Notes: generated by a model not told the origin, from the letters alone. A stretch of 64,000 nucleotides of DNA from an uncultured Nitrososphaerota archaeon (GCA_963701075.1 OY969559.1:576001-640000), one strand, 5' to 3'; positions 1 through 10,746 are shown, numbered from the stretch's first letter. Numbers and translations: made by a program.

Positions 1-1
1 T

Positions 2-505
2 ATATGTCACATTGAAGGAGGAGAAGAGGATTCACCTCGATATAATCCTAGTTTGGGTCCAGCAGAATTAGATGATTACGAAAATTTAATCTTAATGTGT
101 AAGGTTCATCATAAAATAATCGATACTGATACCATGACCTTCACCGTATCTTATTTAAAAAAATTAAAGATTGAACATGAGAAAAATCAAAATGGACAAG
201 TATATTCAATTTCAGATGAAGTGGCAAAAAGGATCATTGCAGAACAAATGACTCAAGTAAATGTGAATGCGGGTTCTGGAATTCAAAATATTACTCAAAA
301 AGGTGATATTATTCATTATGATAATCCTCCTTCTTCAGATGGTCCTTTGATGATATTTTATCAGATACCTAGGAATTGCATATTATGCGGGAGTATGAAT
401 ATTCGACATATGGAGGGATTTCAAATGAATGGTCGTGAACGCAGAAATAGAACATGTAGAGATTGTGGTGCTATTATGATTTTAGCGGACGGAATAGGAG
501 GATAA
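2..505 (+). CDS. HNH endonuclease-domain protein with C-terminal CxxC..CxxC zinc ribbon (5' truncated by window edge)
   Basis: Frame is open from base 2: ICHIEGGEEDSPRYNP...YENLILMCKVHHKIID (HNH signature); C-terminal CILCG...CRDCG. Confidence 0.75.
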   Translation: MCHIEGGEEDSPRYNPSLGPAELDDYENLILMCKVHHKIIDTDTMTFTVSYLKKLKIEHEKNQNGQVYSISDEVAKRIIAEQMTQVNVNAGSGIQNITQKGDIIHYDNPPSSDGPLMIFYQIPRNCILCGSMNIRHMEGFQMNGRERRNRTCRDCGAIMILADGIGG

Positions 506-622
506 ACTCCAACTGCCATCTTTCAATCATGCCAAAATTAGTTAGACGAATTATTGTTATAGATAGACGGTAAATACGAACTAAGAATTAATTTAAGTAG
601 TAAATCCATTACCTAGAACTGC

Positions 623-1098
623 TTGAGCTGGAAGTCGTTTAGAGATGATTATCTTACTAATCTTTTCATCATTTGGCACATAATATTAACTGGAATCAAT
701 CTTCTGAGTCATGCTTCACCATTAATCAATAGTTTTAGAACCTTGCTATGGGCCAATGATGGATGGCTTGTAATAATAATGCCAATTGCGATAACGGAAA
801 TTTACTACCAAGTTATGATGATACGAAACAATCCAGAATTTTTTGAAAAAGTCAGACATGGAATAGAAAATATGCTCTTGCCCCGTTTATTTGGGCACGA
901 GTTTTTACAGATATCATTCTTGCCTTAGTAGGAGTTTCCCTTATCATAGGCGACCAATTTCCTGGTTCCATCATAGACATAAACAAGTATAATTTTTGGG
1001 ACGTGTTCTCATATGTGGCTATTTTACTTTCTTTAACTTACGTTTTGCAAGGTTTAAACATCGCTTTAATAATGTATTTGCCCAAAGTCACTTTGTGA
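623..1098 (+). CDS. Hypothetical multi-pass membrane protein, split by a probable 1-nt deletion after ~846
   Basis: ORF 623-928 continues in the -1 frame (847-1098) with two more hydrophobic helices; its TGA overlaps the ade GTG start (GTGA). Confidence 0.55.
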
Positions 1099-2868
1099 AG
1101 GCCAGCTCTCTTGCATCTATGATTGGTTCACTAAACAAAGTTGCGATGGGCGAAAAAAAAGCAGACATTGTATTGAAAAACTGCAAACTTGTCAATGTAT
1201 ACTCGAGAGAAATAATACCGCAAACACAGATTGCCATTTTTAAAGACAGAATTGCATATGTTGGAAAGGACGCGTCGCATACTGTTGGTGAAAAAACTGC
1301 AGTCATTGACTTGGAAGAAAAATTTGTCACTCCGGGATTTGCAGATTCACACATACACATGGACCAGTACATCATGCCTTCTGAACTTGCAAAACATTCT
1401 CTTCTATGTGGAACTACTACATTATTTTCAGATCCAATTGATATTGTAAGTGTTTGTGGATACCGGGGCTTTAGGGAATTTGTCAAGATGACAGAGAATC
1501 TACCAATAAGGGTATTTCACATGATACCAGGCGGTCTTCCAGTTGACAGAAAGTTTAGTCATGCAAGAACAATATCACAGACAGAACAGAAGAGGGCCTT
1601 TGAATTAGAAAATGTTCTTGGCATGGGGGAAGTATTTTCCTGGACCAAGGTCACAACGCGGGATCCAAATACAATTCAAAGTCTAAATTACATTCTTGAA
1701 AATGATGGAATCATAAACGGTCACACTGCAGGTGCAAGCGACAAGAAGCTGAAATGCCTACATTGCATCTGGAATATTATCATGTCATGAGCCAATAGAC
1801 TATGATCAAGTGATGGAGAGACTAAGGCTTGGAATGTGGGTTATGATGAGGGAAGGATCGATACGAAGAGACCTTGATAAGATAATACCAAACGTGCTAT
1901 CTCAGAAGACCTATTTTGATAGGCTGATGTTTTGCACTGATGGAGTAACTCCAAAGGATCTCTTAGACTTTGGCATGATTGATCATTGCATCAGAAAATC
2001 AACATCTATGGGAATGGAATTGATAGATGCGATAACCATCGCATCTCGAAACTGCTTTGAATATTATAAGATGGATAAAGACTTGGGGGGAATTGCTCCG
2101 GGAAAGCTTGCCGACATTCTAGTTTTCGGTGATCTAAACAAGGTAAAACCGGACAAGGTCTTCGTGGGAGGAAGATTAGTGGTGGCTCACGGTAAACCTG
2201 TATTCAAAAATGCAAAACTAGCAATCTCAAAATGGATGACAGAAACGGTAAAAGTACGACGTAAATTTACCGAGAAGGATTTTGTGGTCAAGAGCAAGGA
2301 AAATTCTACTCAAGCCCTTGTAATCCGACTAGATACTGAAATTATAACAAGAAAGGATCATGAAGAGCTTTGCGTAAAGGACGGAAATGTAATTGCTTCT
2401 CAAGAGAAAGATGTCTGGAAGGTGGCAGCAATAGACAGAACATATGGTACTGGACAGCAATGTGTTGGATTCTTGAAGAACTTTGGTGGTGAGATTGGAG
2501 CCTTTGGATGTACGCAGAGCTTTCATGAAAATGACCTGATCGTAATTGGCTCCAATGAAAAGGACATGGCCTTTGTGACAAACGATCTAGTAAAAACGCA
2601 GGGTGGAATGGTTGCTGCAAGAGATGGAAAAATAATCTGCAAATTTGAAATGCCTGTTGCAGGCCTAGCCTCCAAATTACCCCTTGAGGAGGCAGTAACC
2701 AAGTACAAGGAGGTTGACGAAAAGCTAGTTGAGGCAGGATGCAGATTTAAACAACCTCATCTAATTCCGCTCTTTCTCCCATTTCTTGCATTACCGGAGA
2801 TTAGAATCTTGTATAGCGGTATAGTAGATGTTAAAAACAGAACTTATCTTAAAATTTTGGATGGATAA
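1095..2868 (+). CDS. ade: Adenine deaminase (split by +1 indel at ~1752)
   Basis: PGFADSHIHMD, GHTAG, FCTDG, GIAPGKLAD motifs; removing one A after AGCTG restores KLNAYIASGILSCHEP. Confidence 0.88.
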
Positions 2869-2912
2869 GGTATTAAAAGGGGAAACTAAATCACGATAGC
2901 GAGAGGATAATT

Positions 2913-4541
2913 TTGGCTTCAATTCAACAAACACCACAAGGTCCTGTTCTTGTGCTAAAGGAGAGCGCCTTACAGCAAAAGGGACGAGATGCTCAGAAAA
3001 ACAATATTGCAGCAGCAAAACTTGTTGCTGAACTAGTACGAACAAGCCTTGGCCCAAGAGGAATGGACAAGATGCTTGTAGATGGATTAGGCGATGTTAC
3101 AATTACAAACGATGGTGCAACTATTCTAAAGGAAATTGACGTTCAACATCCGGCAGCAAAGATGATGGTAGAGATCTCAAAGACAGTAGACACTGAAGTA
3201 GGAGATGGAACAACATCCTCTGTTGTCTTTGGCGGAGCCCTTTTGGCAAAGGCTGAAGAGCTATTAGAAAAAGATGTTCACGCTACTGTGATCATTGAGG
3301 GATTCCAGGCGGCTTCTGAGAAGGCACTTTCTCTTCTCCAAGAGCTTGCCAAGCCTGTGAGCCCAAATGAAAAGGACATTCTTTTGAAGGTTGCAAAAAC
3401 AAGCATGGAATCAAAACTAATCTCAGAGGATAGTGGCATGCTCTCAAAACTTGTTGTGGATGCAATCCTGCAAGTAGTTGAAAAAGAGGAAGGAGGCAAT
3501 AAAGTTGATCTAGATAATATCAAAGTAGAAAAGAAAGCTGGTGGCTCGATTAGAAATACACAACTCATCAAAGGCATTGTACTTGATAAAGAAATAGTTC
3601 ATAGTGGCATGCCCACAAAAACAGAAAAGGCAAAAATTGCTCTGCTAAATTCCGCTCTTGAAATTGAAAAGACCGAGATGAGCGCAGAGATCAGAATTAC
3701 CGATCCTTCTCAAATGCAAATGTTCCTTGAGGAAGAAAATAGGATGCTAAAATCCATGGTAGACAAGATTCATGAAATTGGTGCTAATGTACTGATATGT
3801 CAAAAGGGCATAGATGACATTGCACAACATTACCTTGCAAAACAAGGAATCCTTTCAGTAAGAAGAGTAAAGGAAAGCGATATGACAAAACTTGCAAAAG
3901 CAACTGGTGGAAGAATCAGCAGCAATATCGATGACATGACTGCAAAGGATCTAGGATCTGCTGAACTAGTAGAACAAAGAAAGGTAGAGACAGAAAAGTG
4001 GACATTTATTGAAGGATGCAAGAATCCAAAGGCAATTACAGTGCTGATTAGAGGTGGCTCACAAAGAGTTGTAGATGAAGTAGACAGATCACTTCATGAT
4101 TCATTAATGGTGGTAAAAGACGTAATTGAAAAGCCAGCAGTTGTAGCTGGCGGCGGCGCTCCAGAAGAATTTCTTGCATCACATCTAAAAGACTGGGCAG
4201 ACAGATTCGAGGGAAGAGAGCAGCTTGCAATCAAAAAATATGCAGAAGCTCTTGAAATAATTCCATTGACAATAGCCGAGAACGCTGGTATGGATCCAAT
4301 CAATACCATGGTTACTCTGCGTGCAAAGCACAGTCAGGGCAAGAAATGGACTGGAATTGATGCACGAAATACAAGGGTGGCTGACATGTACTCTCTTGAT
4401 ATCATAGAGCCGGTGGCAGTAAAGGAGCAGATAATAAAATCTGCAACAGAAGCTGCATGCATGATTCTAAGAATAGATGATGTAATCGCATCATCTGGTA
4501 AAGGAGGACGAGGCGGACCTCCAATGCCTCCAATGGGCTAA
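2913..4541 (+). CDS. Thermosome (group II chaperonin) subunit
   Basis: [24 protein letters not shown] motifs; GGPPMPPMG tail. Confidence 0.97.
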   Translation: MASIQQTPQGPVLVLKESALQQKGRDAQKNNIAAAKLVAELVRTSLGPRGMDKMLVDGLGDVTITNDGATILKEIDVQHPAAKMMVEISKTVDTEVGDGTTSSVVFGGALLAKAEELLEKDVHATVIIEGFQAASEKALSLLQELAKPVSPNEKDILLKVAKTSMESKLISEDSGMLSKLVVDAILQVVEKEEGGNKVDLDNIKVEKKAGGSIRNTQLIKGIVLDKEIVHSGMPTKTEKAKIALLNSALEIEKTEMSAEIRITDPSQMQMFLEEENRMLKSMVDKIHEIGANVLICQKGIDDIAQHYLAKQGILSVRRVKESDMTKLAKATGGRISSNIDDMTAKDLGSAELVEQRKVETEKWTFIEGCKNPKAITVLIRGGSQRVVDEVDRSLHDSLMVVKDVIEKPAVVAGGGAPEEFLASHLKDWADRFEGREQLAIKKYAEALEIIPLTIAENAGMDPINTMVTLRAKHSQGKKWTGIDARNTRVADMYSLDIIEPVAVKEQIIKSATEAACMILRIDDVIASSGKGGRGGPPMPPMG

Positions 4542-4549
4542 ACCATTTC

Positions 4550-5563
4550 ATGCTAGAAAAACTAGAAAACATTAACCTAGTAGATTCAGTTGTTGTTCTA
4601 AACGATTTTTTTCTTGATAGGATAATTTCTATACCTGATCTTGGCAAGGTCTACAGCCAGATTCTTGAGAAAAGCAAGCTTGGCGGAAGCATCCGCGGTG
4701 TTCCACAAAAGGACCTCAAAGGTGGCAATGCTACAAATGTTGCATATGCTCTTGCAAAGCTTGGGTGTCCTGTCTCTCTTATTACGGTGGCAGACAAGGC
4801 AGGCTCTGCTCTTCTAACTGAGGTATTTTCAGAGTTTGAAAATGCATCGCTTTTTGTAATTGACGGAAAACCAGGCAGAACTACCGCACTTGAATTTCGA
4901 GATGGCAGAAACATTACAAACGTGATGCTCTCTGATCTTGGTGACAATGAAAATTTTGGACCTGAAAAGCTTGGAGCAAAGGAACAACAAGCACTAAAAA
5001 ACTCCAAAGCCGTTATTGTGGCAAATTGGGCAAGCAACAAGAAAGGAACGGAACTATCAAAGTTTGCATTTGAAAAATCTAGCTCTGCGCTTCATTTCCT
5101 AGATCCTGCTGACACACAAACAAGACCTAAAGAATTCAAGGAAGCCCTAAATGAACTCCACTCTAGCTTGAATTCTCTATGTATCAATGAGAATGAATGT
5201 AACATATTGCTCAAACAGTATGGCCTTGGCACAATCTCTGATGCTAAAGGCACAAAAAAACTAGTTCAAGAACTGGCAAAGAAGATATCTGTAGCAATAG
5301 ATCTTCATACTGCTTCTGGCTCCTACTGGTCAAATGGAAGCGAGGTTGAATTTGTCAAGTCATTTCAAGTCGAACCTGTTATTGTTACTGGCGCAGGAGA
5401 TGTGTGGGATGCAGCAAATATCGTGGGGTATCTTGCAAACCTCAGTACACAGGAACGACTCGTCTTTGCAAATGGTACCTCTGCACTTTACATAAAAAAC
5501 ACGCAAGGAGATCCCCCCACATTACATGAAGTATTGTCTTTTGCAACAAAAAATTGGGCCTAG
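4550..5563 (+). CDS. PfkB/ribokinase-family carbohydrate kinase
   Basis: GGNATNVAYALAKLG and TGAGD motifs. Confidence 0.88.
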   Translation: MLEKLENINLVDSVVVLNDFFLDRIISIPDLGKVYSQILEKSKLGGSIRGVPQKDLKGGNATNVAYALAKLGCPVSLITVADKAGSALLTEVFSEFENASLFVIDGKPGRTTALEFRDGRNITNVMLSDLGDNENFGPEKLGAKEQQALKNSKAVIVANWASNKKGTELSKFAFEKSSSALHFLDPADTQTRPKEFKEALNELHSSLNSLCINENECNILLKQYGLGTISDAKGTKKLVQELAKKISVAIDLHTASGSYWSNGSEVEFVKSFQVEPVIVTGAGDVWDAANIVGYLANLSTQERLVFANGTSALYIKNTQGDPPTLHEVLSFATKNWA

Positions 5564-5586
5564 CTCAAAAATGGACTAGAATCATC

Positions 5587-5817
5587 TTACAACAAGTCAC
5601 TGTACTTTTTATAAGATAATTCCATTTTTTTGTCACAGTGTGTTTTGTGCTTTGGAAGCTTTTCAAGGCATATCTCACAATAAACTTGAGTAGTTGGCTT
5701 GTGGCAGCGCTTGCAAACAAGAGTTTTACATTTAGTACAATGAACGGTATCGTTATGCCCGCAGACTATACACTTGATCGCTGGGCCTGCCTTGGCATTC
5801 CCATGTATTTTGTGCAT
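5587..5817 (-). CDS. Small Cys-rich zinc-finger protein (4x CxxC)
   Basis: CIVC, CTKC, CKRC, CEIC; TTTAAAA box about 25-30 nt upstream of ATG. Confidence 0.65.
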   Translation of the reverse strand: MHKIHGNAKAGPAIKCIVCGHNDTVHCTKCKTLVCKRCHKPTTQVYCEICLEKLPKHKTHCDKKMELSYKKYSDLL

Positions 5818-6033
5818 ATCATCTGGTTTGAATTGATACCAATTTTAAATTTGGCATGACTATTGGCCATTATTAGGCATATATCATGGCTGTCTCATTT
5901 TGCCGCGGCTCAAAACTAGAATTTTGCCTTTTTACGATGAAAAACACGTCAACACTTCATGATGTTATAAGTATGATTGGTCGGAGTTGGATATTATATT
6001 GAAAAACAAAAAGAGTTTAGAATCTAATTTTTT

Positions 6034-6135
6034 TTACTTTTTTGATTCTTCAGATTTTTTTACGGTATTCATGTCATCAGATGATTTCTTGTTACAAGAG
6101 CAAGATTTCAATTTTGCAATTATTTCTTTTAACAT
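6034..6135 (-). CDS. 33-aa micro-protein (not in ORF track)
   Basis: MLKEIIAKLKSCSCNKKSSDDMNTVKKSEESKK*; TTTATATAA box at 6156-6164, 21-29 nt upstream of ATG. Confidence 0.4.
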   Translation of the reverse strand: MLKEIIAKLKSCSCNKKSSDDMNTVKKSEESKK

Positions 6136-6222
6136 GTTTAGTACGACTTTCACGGTTATATAAAGGCAGGAATATTAGGATAAAGACTTCAGAGGATCAA
6201 CTCTTGCCAGATTTATGTCAGA

Positions 6223-6384
6223 CTATAACTTGATGGAGATAACTTTGTTGCAGTCCATGCACTTGATGGTATTCTGCTCACGCTGAATGTTGTCAGAACC
6301 GCATCTTATGCAAATGAGTATGTATTTTCTCAAGCTTTTTACTCCAAAGAAATTCAAAAGTTCAAGCTTGTTACTTGATGCCAT
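6223..6384 (-). CDS. 53-aa zinc-ribbon micro-protein (not in ORF track)
   Basis: MASSNKLELLNFFGVKSLRKYILICIRCGSDNIQREQNTIKCMDCNKVISIKL*; CxxCG..CxxC. Confidence 0.65.
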   Translation of the reverse strand: MASSNKLELLNFFGVKSLRKYILICIRCGSDNIQREQNTIKCMDCNKVISIKL

Positions 6385-6538
6385 CTCTAACCACAATCAA
6401 CTTCGTTTTGTGTAATTTAATCAGTAGGTATGCACTAGAGTGCATTGCAAACATCATAGCCATCAATTCTAGAAATAAAGAATCAATTTTCATTCTTATT
6501 GTAAAGGTTTAGGTTAGAGGCACAGGCTAGCACATCAA

Positions 6539-6808
6539 ATGGTGGAATTCAAGAAATGTAGAAAGTGCCAAGCAAACAGGGTTGGCTTTGAATGGATTCA
6601 AAATAATGTCAATGACGTGATGGTATCTAACAAGTATCCTGGAACCGCCACTGATAGTCAGAATATATTGAATCGTCTAATAGAACACGTAAAACTAGAA
6701 ATCAATAAAGATGGAAAACCACCTTGTTCTTTGTGCTTATCTGAATACGGGCAAATGATCAATGATGCGGTATATTCATTCAAGAAGAAAAACTACACTC
6801 AAAGGTAA
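6539..6808 (+). CDS. Hypothetical protein with two CxxC motifs
   Basis: CRKC near the N-terminus and CSLC near the C-terminus; 89 aa. Confidence 0.6.
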   Translation: MVEFKKCRKCQANRVGFEWIQNNVNDVMVSNKYPGTATDSQNILNRLIEHVKLEINKDGKPPCSLCLSEYGQMINDAVYSFKKKNYTQR

Positions 6809-6946
6809 AAGAACAACTGCGTCAATTCCTTGCCTAATCTAATAGATTAGAATTTGGTTGAGGGGATCAAACTAGTTTATACCTTTGATTAGGAAATAAT
6901 TATCCAATGGCGATATTTTACGCACTATAATAAATGGAGATTTGGA

Positions 6947-7888
6947 TTGGCGACAATGTTAATGGCGTTATGTTTCCTAGGTTCAACTGGTATTCCTAAT
7001 GTATTTGCTCAAAGTATTACAAATGTCGCAACGTTATTGATTTACACCGATGTACCTTGGCAAGGGAACATAGGAACCTCGTCCAATTCTACATCAATAA
7101 ATGGTAATACTTATGCACAATATTCTTTTGTCTGCAATTACAATGATACTTATTCCATAACATTGCAAAGTGCAGAAAGTACGGGAAGAGGAATAGGGAT
7201 ATGGACAGTTGCAAATCTAATTCAGGATGATAAAATGATTGATATGGCAGTAAACAGAGTGGCTAACGGAATAATCAATCTATCTGGCCAATGTCATGTG
7301 GCTAAATTTTCTATGGCAAATAATGGAATGGTTTCATTCTCAACTGATAAGACAACATATCAATACGGTGAACCAATTCGAATTTCCGGAGAAACGCTGC
7401 CAGATTTTCAAAGAAACTATGTTCTGAGCATTACAATATTAAATTCTGACGGTCTTATCATGAAAAGAGATAGTACACTTGTAAGGGATAATATTTTTCA
7501 GGATTATGTAACTGCGCATGGAGGATTGTGGAAACCAGGAAAATACAAAATCCAAGTTCAGATAGCAAATTCCATGGCAGAGACTGATATTACAATCAAT
7601 TCCGTTCAACAAGGGCAATCTACAACAACATCTGAAAACCATATACCAAGTTGGATTAAAAATACCGCAAAATGGTGGTCAGATGGAAGTATAAGTAACA
7701 GTGAATTTATTCAAACAATACAATATTTGATTCAACAGGGAACTCTAAAAATTCCAAATTATTATTCAAATAGTATTACAACTCAATCGTTACTTCCTTG
7801 GATCAAAAACAACGCGGCCTTGTGGGCAAATGGACAAATATCTGATGATGACTTTGTTAAAGTATTGCAGTATCTAAATATCCAGTAA
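6947..7888 (+). CDS. Secreted thaumarchaeal protein with two C-terminal IPxWIKNxAxWW repeats
   Basis: Signal-peptide-like N-terminus ending VFAQ; IPSWIKNTAKWWSDG and LPWIKNNAALWANG. True start may be ATG 6907 if the T4 run has one extra T. Confidence 0.8.
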   Translation: MATMLMALCFLGSTGIPNVFAQSITNVATLLIYTDVPWQGNIGTSSNSTSINGNTYAQYSFVCNYNDTYSITLQSAESTGRGIGIWTVANLIQDDKMIDMAVNRVANGIINLSGQCHVAKFSMANNGMVSFSTDKTTYQYGEPIRISGETLPDFQRNYVLSITILNSDGLIMKRDSTLVRDNIFQDYVTAHGGLWKPGKYKIQVQIANSMAETDITINSVQQGQSTTTSENHIPSWIKNTAKWWSDGSISNSEFIQTIQYLIQQGTLKIPNYYSNSITTQSLLPWIKNNAALWANGQISDDDFVKVLQYLNIQ

Positions 7889-7999
7889 TCTTCAACAAAA
7901 AGGATCTATTCCTTGTGAAAAGACTAGCCTTGAATTTTGTACTTTGATTGAGAGGCCGTAGCCATGTAGGAATAGTGATTTAATTGGCTCTTCTTGCCT

Positions 8000-8581
8000 C
8001 TATGTATCAAGATTTTGATCCCTCAAAGAAGAGAATCGAAGGTCATATTCTTTTTGAATATCTAATTTTCTTCCATTTTCTGTATCATGCTCATATTGCA
8101 TTTGCTCATCTTGCCATTCTTTTTTGACTTCATTCATAATTCTAGACACTTTCTCATCAGCAAATTCTTCGGCATTCTTTTTGATTTCCGTTTCATTTTT
8201 ACCCTTAATGGAATAACTCTTATTCAGTAATTCTGCATTTAGTCTTTCTTGAAGTATTCTTGCATATTTTTCACAAATATCAAAATGACCCTGTTCATGT
8301 TTCAAAATTATACTATGATCGCTTTCTAGGATCCTGTCATTTTTTACCCATGATTTTGATGGAACAAAACAGGCTTCCACTACAAATTTTTTGAATTTAA
8401 ATTTTCTTTTGTAGCTAGTTTGTATATACTCTAATTCATGGTTCTCATCCATTCCAACTCCTGATTCAGCTGTTGCTTGTTCTTTACTTGGATCAGGTAT
8501 CCCTTTGAAGTCACCCCATCGTAGGAGTCGATCTTTTTTCCAAATTATCTTATCATCGTACAATACACTCGTATTGATCAA
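8000..8581 (-). CDS. DUF922-like putative Zn-dependent peptidase
   Basis: LRWGDFKG and ILKHEQGHFDI (HExxH). Confidence 0.7.
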   Translation of the reverse strand: MINTSVLYDDKIIWKKDRLLRWGDFKGIPDPSKEQATAESGVGMDENHELEYIQTSYKRKFKFKKFVVEACFVPSKSWVKNDRILESDHSIILKHEQGHFDICEKYARILQERLNAELLNKSYSIKGKNETEIKKNAEEFADEKVSRIMNEVKKEWQDEQMQYEHDTENGRKLDIQKEYDLRFSSLRDQNLDT

Positions 8582-8645
8582 TACTTGACCATATTCTTTA
8601 CGAGACGTGTCAGATTTTCACGAGTAAATGAGGGGTGTTCTATTT

Positions 8646-10169
8646 TTATTGAGGCTCAATGGTTGCAGGGGGTTTGCTTGATACAACATAACTCACCCAC
8701 GCAACATCCTCAACCTCGTTTGTGATTCTATTGCTTATCTTCTCAAGTATCTCTGAAGGCAACCTAGTCCAGTCTGCAGTCATTGCGTCAATCGAGTCCA
8801 CTACACGAATAAGAACAACATGTCCATATTTTCGCTCATCGCCTACCACGCCAACAGCCCTGTCGTCTCCTACTGCTGCAAAAGCTTGCCATACCTTGTC
8901 ATACCAACCTGCAACCAAAAGCTCATCTTCAACAATCTTGCTTGCCTGTTTGCATACCCGTAACTTCTCTGGTGTTACCTCATTCATTATTCGAACAGCA
9001 AGACCTGGGCCTGGGAAGGGATGACGGTTCAAAAGCTTGTCTGGAACACCAAGGATCTTTCCTACCTTTCTTACCTCGTCTTTGTACAGAAATCTCAATG
9101 GCTCAAGTATCTGCAGGTCAAGCCAAGAAGGAAGTCCGCCAACATTGTGGTGGGTCTTGATCACAGCAGCAGGTCCCTTTGATACTCCACTTTCAATCAC
9201 GTCAGGATAAAGTGTCCCCTGAGCTAACCACTTGAACGGGCCACTCTTTTCTGCAAACTCGGTGAATATCTTGACAAATTCTTCCCCAACTATCTTTCGT
9301 TTCTGTTCGGGATCTGCTATCCCCTTTAGTCTAGAAAGAAATCTTTCTTTTGCATTAATTGCAGTAAAATTCATTCCAAAATTATTCTTGAACATCTCCT
9401 CGACTTCTTTTTCTTCACTTAATCGAAGAAGACCATTGTCTACAAAGACACACTTTAACCTGGTTCCTATTGCCTTTTGAATCAAGAGTGCAGCTACTGT
9501 AGAATCTACTCCTCCACTAATACCACACAATACATTGCCATCAATCTTTGAAATCTCTGAAACGGTACTGTCAATAAAGTTCTCAAGAGTCCAGTCTTGT
9601 TTTGCCTTGCATATATTTAGAACAAAATTTCTGAGAACCTGGACACCCTTTTCAGTGTGAACCACTTCAGGGTGGAATTGTATTCCGTAGATAAGCTTCT
9701 GCCTGTTGGCAATTGCTGCTGCAAAAGAGCTCTCGGTATGTCCTATGACCTCAAACCCATTTGGCAGGCTTTCTGCTGCATCACCATGACTCATCCATGC
9801 TCTTGTAGATGAGCCAATTCCAGACAGTAGATCTGAGCTGTTATCTATTTTCAGAGTCGATGAACCATATTCTTTGTTTGCTTGTCTTACCTTGCCTCCA
9901 AAATTATTTACAATCAATTGATGACCATAACAAATTCCAAGAACAGGGAGGCCAATCTCAAATATTCCCGATGAAGGCTGGGGTGAATCTTTGCTGTACA
10001 CACTTGCAGGCCCCCCACTAAAGACAATCCCCTTTGGATTCATCTTCTTTAGTTCTTCAAGTGAGATATTGTATGGTACCAGCTCAGCATATACTGAAAA
10101 TTCGCGAATTCGTCTGCAGATTAGATGACTGTACTGTGAACCAAAATCTAGTACAATTATCTTGTCCAT
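8646..10169 (-). CDS. guaA: GMP synthase (glutamine-hydrolysing)
   Basis: LDFGSQY, GICYGHQ, QFHPE, SGGVDS, KPPATIE. Confidence 0.98.
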   Translation of the reverse strand: MDKIIVLDFGSQYSHLICRRIREFSVYAELVPYNISLEELKKMNPKGIVFSGGPASVYSKDSPQPSSGIFEIGLPVLGICYGHQLIVNNFGGKVRQANKEYGSSTLKIDNSSDLLSGIGSSTRAWMSHGDAAESLPNGFEVIGHTESSFAAAIANRQKLIYGIQFHPEVVHTEKGVQVLRNFVLNICKAKQDWTLENFIDSTVSEISKIDGNVLCGISGGVDSTVAALLIQKAIGTRLKCVFVDNGLLRLSEEKEVEEMFKNNFGMNFTAINAKERFLSRLKGIADPEQKRKIVGEEFVKIFTEFAEKSGPFKWLAQGTLYPDVIESGVSKGPAAVIKTHHNVGGLPSWLDLQILEPLRFLYKDEVRKVGKILGVPDKLLNRHPFPGPGLAVRIMNEVTPEKLRVCKQASKIVEDELLVAGWYDKVWQAFAAVGDDRAVGVVGDERKYGHVVLIRVVDSIDAMTADWTRLPSEILEKISNRITNEVEDVAWVSYVVSSKPPATIEPQ

Positions 10170-10173
10170 AGAT

Positions 10174-10746
10174 TCACTTTCTTGAATTTTCCATCATTCG
10201 TGAGAATGACCATGTTGCAGTATTGATAATCTCATTTGCTCTCTCCTTTTGTCGATAATTTTTAATTAGAATCTCTCTGATCTTACTTCCATCCTTGTTT
10301 ACCATGCAGCTTATGACAGAACCCTGTGAAATCTTGCCATTTTTAACATCAGCGCTATCTTGACTCTCCATGTTACCAATTATTCTCCCCAAGAAAAATG
10401 ACTTGAATGGTTGTGTCTCAATGTCAAGTGATACCTCCTCTGATGGTATGATTACAATCTCATCTGGGGTGACATGTGCATTTGCTATTATTTGATTATC
10501 AGGGGCTTTCATTTGAATTACATCAGCTGTCTCTTGTATTGACTGCTGATTTGACGTTCTAGCTGGAGGTGGTGATGATGCCAGATAAGATGCCTTGCTA
10601 AAACTTGACTGTTTTACCAGAGAATCTAAAATTCGAAGATTTTGTGTTAATCGCTCCATCTCTTTTTTGCGTTTGTCTATCTCGTCTGAGATCCATTCTC
10701 GTAACTCTAAGATGTCACGAACCTCTTCCTCCGAATGATAATCCAT
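10174..10746 (-). CDS. Hypothetical protein (N-terminal coiled coil)
   Basis: 190-aa ORF in tight tandem with guaA and mptE. Confidence 0.7.
   Translation of the reverse strand: MDYHSEEEVRDILELREWISDEIDKRKKEMERLTQNLRILDSLVKQSSFSKASYLASSPPPARTSNQQSIQETADVIQMKAPDNQIIANAHVTPDEIVIIPSEEVSLDIETQPFKSFFLGRIIGNMESQDSADVKNGKISQGSVISCMVNKDGSKIREILIKNYRQKERANEIINTATWSFSRMMENSRK

Noticed and set aside
5560-8670. att direct repeat from integration at the guaA 3' end
   Set aside because: Only a weak GCTCAA..ATGG resemblance at the far boundary, and no integrase
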